NCBI GenBank assembly: GCA_050952625.1
Contig: JBMNLH010000001.1
Coordinates: 1,248,001-1,312,000 of the forward strand
Direction: 5' to 3'
Origin: Bacillota bacterium
Lineage (GTDB): Bacteria > Bacillota > Ch66 > Ch109
DNA: 64,000 nt
Shown: in pieces, positions 57,146 through 64,000 of the stretch
Layout of the letters: each line of letters starts with the position of its first letter
How positions within the stretch are numbered: the stretch's first letter is position 1
Made by a program: the position numbers and the translations under genes
Notes under the pieces: model-generated
Database searches by the model: none
What the model was told of the DNA's origin: nothing
The model's input: the letters and a program-made list of their open reading frames with translations, nothing else

Positions 57146-58066
57146 ATGGCCATAAATATGCGGTCTAATAGCGAACAGGGGCTTACCCGGATTAAAGAAA
57201 TTGCCTCCGGTATTCGGCGTCGGGTTCTGGAACATACCGTCAATAATAACGGAGGTTACCTCAGCCAAGCCTGTTCCTCGGCCGAGATTTTTGCTGCTTT
57301 ATACGCTAAAATTATGAATCTCGGACCATCACAAGCCCCATTGATTCCACTTCCATTTCAGGGTGTCCCCGGACCAAAAAACCCGGATTACCAAACCGGG
57401 GCTGGGTATAATGGTCCTAAGTCGGCTAATCTGGATCGTTTCATTCTATCTCCCTCTCAATACGCCCTTGTTCTATACGCGACGCTGGTCGAGGTAGGCC
57501 GAATGGCTCCGGAGGGACTGCATCAGTTTAATCAAGACGGCAGCGCAGTCGAAATGATTGGTGCTGAACATTCACCAGGCATGGAGGTTATGACCGGTTC
57601 CTTAGGTCAAGGCTTGAGTCAGGCCGCCGGCATTGCCATGGCTCGCAAGCTCAAAGGTGAAACGGGAAAAGTTTGGGTTTTTATGTCTGATGGCGAGTGG
57701 CAGTCCGGTCAAAACTGGGAGGCCCTGCAGACGATTTCCTTTCATAAACTCGATAATATCGGTATTTTCATTGATTTTAATAAACAACAATGTGATGGGG
57801 ATATAGCCAGCGTCATGAGCATTGAACCATTCGACCGACGATTAGAAGCCTTTGGGGCTCATGTTTACCGTGTTGACGGGCACAGTATTGAAACTTTAAT
57901 TAGCGCAGTTCAAAAAAAGCCGGACGGAAAACCTCTGGTCATCTTAGCTGAAACTAATCCCTGGCAAGGAATTGAACTTCTCAAAAGTAGAGCCCCCAAA
58001 TTGCACTATGTCAGGTTTTCGAGTGAAGAAGAAAGACAACGTTATGCAACTGTAAGAATTGAATAA
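57146..58066 (+). CDS. Split transketolase, N-terminal (ThDP-binding) subunit
   Basis: GGYLSQACS, TGSLGQG, SDGEWQSGQNWEA, VDGH. Confidence 0.88.
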   Translation: MAINMRSNSEQGLTRIKEIASGIRRRVLEHTVNNNGGYLSQACSSAEIFAALYAKIMNLGPSQAPLIPLPFQGVPGPKNPDYQTGAGYNGPKSANLDRFILSPSQYALVLYATLVEVGRMAPEGLHQFNQDGSAVEMIGAEHSPGMEVMTGSLGQGLSQAAGIAMARKLKGETGKVWVFMSDGEWQSGQNWEALQTISFHKLDNIGIFIDFNKQQCDGDIASVMSIEPFDRRLEAFGAHVYRVDGHSIETLISAVQKKPDGKPLVILAETNPWQGIELLKSRAPKLHYVRFSSEEERQRYATVRIE

Positions 58067-58152
58067 TAAGATTTGTTGTTTAAGCAAGCAATGCAATTAT
58101 AATTAATTTAGCTACGAAGAAAACTACATTTCAAGCTGAGAGGATATATGTA

Positions 58153-59160
58153 ATGGAAATTCTATCAAAAGTACACGCCCGAAACTTGGTCGAGTGGGCT
58201 AAGTCAAAGCCGGAGGTACTCGTCCTTTCTGCGGACCTGACCAGTTCTTCGGAGGCAGATCTTTTTCGCGATACCTATCCCAATCGCTTTATCTCTCTAG
58301 GAATAGCGGAACAGAATATGCTTAGTTTTGCCGGCGGTTTGGCTCGTGAGGGATTTATCCCCTTTATTCATACTTTTGCAGTATTTATTTATCGCCGGGC
58401 TTATGATCAGGTAGCTATGTCTGTCGCCTATCCTAACTTACCCGTAAAAATGTTTGGCTTTTTACCGGGAATTACCACGCCAGGGGGTGCAACCCACCAA
58501 GCAATTGAGGATATTTCAGTTTTGCGTTCCCTGCCGAACATGACGATTCTGGAGTGCGGTGACGCCACGGAGGTAGAATCGGTCCTCGATGTGGCTTATT
58601 CGATTCCAGGGCCGGTGTACGTTAGAATGATACGAGGAGAAATTCCACGTATCTTTGACCAATCTCAACCGATGCGTTTAGGGCAAGCCCGAACCTTAAC
58701 CACCGGGAGTGATCTAGTTGTTTTGTCCAGCGGTATCTGTACCGAAGAAGCGATGCGGGCTATTCAGGCATTACAGAAAAAAGGGGTATCTATCCACCAC
58801 CTGCATATCTCAACCCTAAAACCCTTTACTGATTCAGCAGTCCTTGAGGCAGTAGCCCAAGCCCGGTATGGGGTTATTACTATGGAAAATCATTCAATTA
58901 TCGGCGGTTTGGGGACTATTTTGGCCGAACAAATGGCAGAGAATGGGATTGCTCGTAAGCTGGTTAGAATTGGCTTGAAGGATACCTTTGCCCATGGAGC
59001 AAGCCTTCATTACCTCATGAAAGAGTACGGTTTGGAAGCAATGTCGCTGATTAAAGAAGTTGAAAAACTGCTTAACACTAGTTTTGGTATCAAAGAGACG
59101 GAACTATCAGAAATATATCTGGCTCCGGAACACAGCGAAGCCAAAGCGGAGGCACTGTAA
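58153..59160 (+). CDS. Split transketolase, C-terminal subunit
   Basis: LSADL, GIAEQNM, GGATHQAIED, GPVYVR, ENHSIIGGLG. Confidence 0.9.
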   Translation: MEILSKVHARNLVEWAKSKPEVLVLSADLTSSSEADLFRDTYPNRFISLGIAEQNMLSFAGGLAREGFIPFIHTFAVFIYRRAYDQVAMSVAYPNLPVKMFGFLPGITTPGGATHQAIEDISVLRSLPNMTILECGDATEVESVLDVAYSIPGPVYVRMIRGEIPRIFDQSQPMRLGQARTLTTGSDLVVLSSGICTEEAMRAIQALQKKGVSIHHLHISTLKPFTDSAVLEAVAQARYGVITMENHSIIGGLGTILAEQMAENGIARKLVRIGLKDTFAHGASLHYLMKEYGLEAMSLIKEVEKLLNTSFGIKETELSEIYLAPEHSEAKAEAL

Positions 59161-59240
59161 TGATTTCGGGTGAACGATTTTCCGCGGTCTATCGTATTAC
59201 CGGTTCGGAAAACGAGGCTCTGGAAAAAGCCAAAGGTGCT
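59160..59240 (+). pseudogene. 5' stub of a RuBisCO-like protein gene
   Basis: TAATG coupling to the transketolase stop; MISGERFSAVYRITGSENEALEKAK resembles form IV RLP N-termini, then runs into a terminator. Confidence 0.55.
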
Positions 59241-59261
59241 AATCTTGAAACGCAGTTACAT

Positions 59262-59297
59262 AAAAATGCCCTCATCAAGCGATTGGGGGCATTTTTT
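59262..59297. terminator. Bidirectional terminator
   Basis: AAAAATGCCCTC...GGGGGCATTTTTT. Confidence 0.75.
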
Positions 59298-59314
59298 AAT
59301 TTAATCAAATTAGA

Positions 59315-59722
59315 CTAGAGAAGAATAATAATGTCAACGGTAAAAGTTTTTTCTGGTGGTGCATTTTCCCAGGGTCGCCGGTATTCTAGATTAATCGTTA
59401 ATGAACCGGGCTTAATTGCTTGATAAACCCAGTGTTCTTCACCCCTGCACCGATGACTGAGGAACTACTCTCAAAGTAATGCTTAATTTCTTTGATGTTC
59501 CCTGTGTCTAAAGGAGATGAGTACTGCCAGGAGTAACCGGTAGTAGGGTTGCTAGTTAGAGTTAATTCTAGTTTTTGACCTTTCCGCAGTTTAATAGTTT
59601 GTCCCTGACAGGATTCGTCTATTTGGACAGGATAATTGTACCATTTAATAATCCCCCAATAATATAGATCCTATAACTATTATAATTACCAGAGAGAATC
59701 GACCATATTTTGTAAAGCACAT
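59315..59722 (-). CDS. Chagasin-family (I42) cysteine peptidase inhibitor, with two frameshifts
   Basis: Manual translation: TM leader, LTLTSNPTTGYSW, GAG, EHWVYQA, LEYRRPWE; shifts fall in G runs. Confidence 0.8.
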
Positions 59723-59989
59723 AATTTCACCCCCATAATATTTTTAATCCCAGATATTGTTGGTTATGAAATAAAAATTTTGGAACCAAGACTTTTTCAA
59801 TAAATTATTAAGTCTTTTATATTCAGAAGCTAAGGAAGTCTGTTATAATAATTTAAACCAAGTAAACTAAAATAGGGACATCAGTATACCGAAATTCACT
59901 TTAACTTAATTTTTTATTCATTTGTTTACAGTTTTGTATTATTCCAGACGAACCAAGTTACTAGCAAATTGGCAGGGGAGGGTTAATAC

Positions 59990-60986
59990 TTGAAATTAAA
60001 AGTATTAGTAGTTACTTTAGTTGCTTTATTGGCAACAGCCGGGTCGTACTGGGTCTATCGTGAATACTATGCTGAGCCTAAATCTACCGCTATTCAAGCA
60101 ACCGGCACCATTGAGGCAACTCAAGTAGATTTAAGTGCCAAAGCCTCAGGAATTATTGAAACTTTTTCATTCAGAGAAGGAGATAAGCTAACCAAGGGTG
60201 AGTTAGTAGCTGAACTCAGCCGTAAGGATCTGGTAGCTCAAAAGGAACGCGATGCTATGGCCTTAATGAAAGCGAAGGCACAGCTCGCTGATCTAACCTC
60301 CGGTTCCCGGGAACAGAGAAAGTGGAGGCCTCAGCTAACGTCGAAATAGCCAGAGCTAATTATGATAAGGCTCAAACTGATTTAACCCGCAATGAAACCC
60401 TCTTCAATGAAGGGGTTATCTCTCAGGAAGAGTTTGACCGCTCTAAACTGAACGAGGAATTAGAAAGAAACCGGTTACAAGCTGCTGAAGCTAGATTAAG
60501 TTTAATTGAGTCAGGTAGTCGGCCTCAGTTAATTGCCGCCGCTAAGGCAGAAGTAGAACGTAGCGAAGCAATTCTTAAAGCAACCGAAGCCATGCTAGAG
60601 GATTTTAAAGATTTACTCGCCAATTAACGGAGTAATCCTGACTAAAAACTTTGAAGTAGGCGAATATGCCCAAACAGGGGCAGCCTTGGCCACTATCGCT
60701 GATTTAAATGATCTTTGGATTAAGGGTTTATATTCCGACTGATGATTTGCCAGTAGTTAAGCTGGGTCAACCGGTTACATTTACCGTCAGCGGCGAGTCA
60801 ACTACTTTTGAAGGGATTGTTTGTGAGATTGCTTCTTGGGGCGAATTCACCCCCAAGACTATTCAAACCAAAGAAGAAAGGACCAATATTGTCTTTGGGG
60901 TGAAGATAAGAATTAACAATGGTCAAGGCATTCTTAAACCGGGGATGCCCGCGGACGTTGTCTTTAAACCGGAGGTAGCCCAATGA
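59990..60986 (+). CDS. HlyD/YbhG-like membrane fusion protein (apparent frameshifts)
   Basis: ATGTIEAT, coiled coil, EFTPKTIQTKEER, LKPGMPADV spread over several frames. Confidence 0.85.
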
Positions 60987-61891
60987 TTAAAACCACTGGC
61001 CTAACCAAGTCTTTCGGTAATAATATTGCTGTAGCCGGGGTAACCCTTCATGTGGCAAAGCAGGATATCTTTGGCCTCGTGGGCCCCTGATGGTGCCGGA
61101 AAAACAACCCTGATGCGGATGATTTGTGGCTTGATTACCCCGACTGAGGGAAAGGTTAGTCTAATTGGGTATCCATGGGAGCAAATAGAGCAAGTTAAAA
61201 AACATTTAGGCTATATGCCCCAACGTTTTAGCTTGTATGGCGATCTGACAATTATGGAGAATATCCACTTTTTTGGTTCTATGTACCAAATCAAACGCCG
61301 AACAATTAACGAGCGGGCCATGGAAATTCTCGAGTTAACCAACCTGCTTGAGTTTAAGGATCGTTTAGCGGATAACCTGTCCGGGGGGATGAAACAAAAA
61401 TTAGCCCTTACCTGTGCCTTGATTACTCGCCCTAGTATTCTAGTGTTAGATGAACCAACGTACGGGGTTGATCCGGAGTCCCGTAAAGAATTTTGGAAGA
61501 TTTTGTATCATTTAAACAAAGAAGGGATAACCATCCTGGTTTCAACACCCTATATGGATGAAGCTGAACTCTGTACTACGGTAGCTTTTATCAACCAGGG
61601 AAAAATAGTGGCGGTAGATTCACCAGCAAATCTCAAGAATGGCTTTCCCCATAGTTTGCTAGAAATCAAAACCGAATCAAAAGACCCCGACCTTTTCAAT
61701 GAACTCAGTTTAATCATTAAATCCTCTTTCTATGGCGACAAATACCATCTGGCAGTCGAGGATGTCACAGCTGCTGAAAATGTTATTAAATCCTACCTTA
61801 TCAGCCAAAATATAACTAATATAAAGATTACTAAAATTCACCTACCATGGAAGATGTTTTTGTATCTTTGGCCGAAAAAGAGGTGGTCTAA
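60983..61891 (+). CDS. ABC transporter ATP-binding protein (apparent frameshifts)
   Basis: [22 protein letters not shown]. Confidence 0.88.
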
Positions 61892-62800
61892 TGGATTATG
61901 CCATCAGTGTCCAAGATCTGACCAAGATTTTTGGCAGCTTTACCGCGGTTGACCGCTTGACCTTAAACATCAAACCAGGAGAAATCTGCGGATTTCTTGG
62001 GCCAAATGGAGCCGGAAAAACCACCGCAATCCGGATGCTTTGCGGTGTATTAGCACCAACCTCGGGTTTCGGTCAGATACTTGGTTACGACCTAATCAAA
62101 GAAAGTGAAAAGATAAAACCGCATATTGGGTATATGTCCCAAAAGTTTAGTCTGTATGATGATCTGACTGTCGAGGAAAATCTTAGTTTTTATGCCGGAC
62201 TGTACAGCCTTCCAAATGACGATAGAAAAAATCGTATCAAAGAAATGCTAACTATGGCTCAACTAACTGGCAGAGAGCATGAATTGGTTGCTAATTTAAG
62301 CGGTGGCTGGAAACAAAGACTAGCCCTGGGATGTGCCATCATCGGTCGACCAGCAATTGTTTTTTTAGATGAACCAACTAGCGGGGTCAGCCCAACTAGT
62401 AGAAGAGACTTTTTTGCGATTATTCAAAAAATGGCTAATCAAGGAACCACAGTAATAGTGACTACTCATTTTATGGATGAGGCTGAACGCTGTAACCAAA
62501 TTGCCTTCATTTCAGCCGGACAACTACTGGCCATGGATACACCTGGTAACCTAAAGCAGAGTGCGGTCGAAGGGTTTATGGTCGAGCTTGACTTGCCGCA
62601 GGCGATTGAGCAGATAGATAGAATCGAACAGCAGCTTTATGTTAGAGAGTGCAGTCTGCACGGTCCGCTTCTGCATGTTCTCCTGAACAATGAATCAAAT
62701 GTTAAAGAGCTGGAGGAGTTAGTTGGCAAATCAGCCAGACCAATTACTCCGACTCTGGAAGATGTTTTTTATCGCACTTGCTAAAAAGAAACGAAAGTAG
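61891..62800 (+). CDS. ABC transporter ATP-binding protein
   Basis: [34 protein letters not shown]. Confidence 0.92.
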
Positions 62801-62808
62801 GTGGTCCG

Positions 62809-63922
62809 GTGAGTCGAATTCTTTCCGTTTTAAAAAAAGAAACTTATTCAGATGCGCCGTGATCGTTTAACTCTAGCCTTGGTCTTTATGATGCCGCTAA
62901 TCCAATTATTATTATTTGGCTATGCCATTCAAACCGAGGTAAAACATATTCCGACCATAGTCTTTGACCAATCCTTAACCAATGAAAGTCGAGAACTATT
63001 GGCATCTTTTTCCGCCTCAGGTTATTTTGATGTGACTAAAACTGCCAAGAATTATGCTGAGGTTAATCAAGCAATTGATAGTGGCCAAACAAAAGTTGGT
63101 CTTGTCTTTCCCCCTGACTTTGCAGAAAATATCCACCGAGGAAAGTCGGCCCAGGTCCAAGTTATTGTAGATGCCAGTGATAATATGGTCGCCAATCAGG
63201 CCATTGCGGTTGCTAATTCGATTGGTTTGCTCAAATCCCAGGAAACATTGGCCCAAAAGGTGCAGTTCCAAGCACCGCCTTATGATATTCGGGTTCGGCC
63301 ATGGTATAATCCCGATGGGATTACGGCCTATTTCATGGTACCGGCTAATTTTGGGCATTATTGTAACCATGACCATGGTGATCATTACTGCTGTCGCCAT
63401 TGTCCGAGAGAGAGAAAGGGGTACTCTAGAGCAGTTGCTAGTTACGCCAATCAAACCATATGAACTAATGATCGGCAAGATTCTGCCCTATATTGCGCTA
63501 GGTTACATTCAGATATCGGTCGCCCTTGTGGTCGCAGTAACTGTTTTTGATGTTCCGATTAAAGGCAGTTTGCTTGAACTCTACCTATTAACGCTGTTTT
63601 TTCATAACCGCCTCACTTGGACTAGGCATTTTAATATCAAATATCGCGAAAACTCAGATGCAGGGCCTTTCAGATGTCTTTTTTTGTTATGCTGCCCAGT
63701 ATCCTGTTATCCGGCTTTATGTTTCCTCGTGACGCGATGCCCCAGTTTATCTATTATCTAAGTGCATTGATTCCCCTAACCTATTACCTGGACATTATCC
63801 GGGGTATCATCCTCAAGGGTATCGGGTTTCAATATTTGGTTGGCCAGGTTACTGCGCTGCTAGTCTTTTCAATTGTTCTATTAATCGTTAGTACGCTTAA
63901 GTTTAAGAAAAAAATTGTCTAG
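62809..63922 (+). CDS. ABC-2 type permease YbhS/YbhR-like (apparent frameshifts)
   Basis: RRDRLTL, WYNP, VRERERGTLEQLLVTP, LSGFMFP, PLTYY spread over several frames. Confidence 0.87.
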
Positions 63923-64000
63923 CATAAATTCTTGATATTCGGCAAGTAGCTTTTCGCACAAAAACTTAACACAAGAACTTAAGAATAAGGAACCTCTAAA

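Noticed and set aside
54228-63922. Apparent mass pseudogenisation or programmed frameshifting of DUF815, chagasin, HlyD and ABC genes
   Set aside because: Breaks are single-base shifts, many in homopolymers, with conserved sequence on both sides; more likely long-read consensus errors. Needs read re-mapping

Overview
Low-GC Firmicutes DNA with Clostridia/Peptococcaceae-like gene content (inferred from proteins and rRNA; no search was run). 1-24 kb is mostly housekeeping: mqnA/mqnC, UPF0182, ThiI-like protein, D,D-carboxypeptidase, HtrA, GlcD/GlcF, murB, tRNA-Ala(CGC), a LysM protein, and a sigma54 activator followed by two paralogous sigma54-driven small proteins. 24.4-30.5 kb is a complete rrn operon. 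Its 16S (helix 44 tip) and 23S (helix 45) both carry intervening sequences built from the same 7-mer-repeat inverted arms; the 23S one encodes a four-helix-bundle protein and the 16S one has no ORF. 30.5-52 kb is an accessory island: a chimeric group II intron, an ECF sigma/anti-sigma pair with six copies of one promoter motif upstream of small secreted or membrane protein genes, IS66, two IS110, IS21, and IS5/IS4 debris. The island is closed by a second, diverged 3'-half 23S + 5S that starts inside the IVS right arm. 54-64 kb holds a DUF815 ATPase, an M29 aminopeptidase, a split transketolase with a truncated RuBisCO-like gene, a chagasin-type inhibitor and a YbhGFSR-like ABC exporter; its many frameshifts are probably sequencing errors. 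All family names come from motif recognition by eye.
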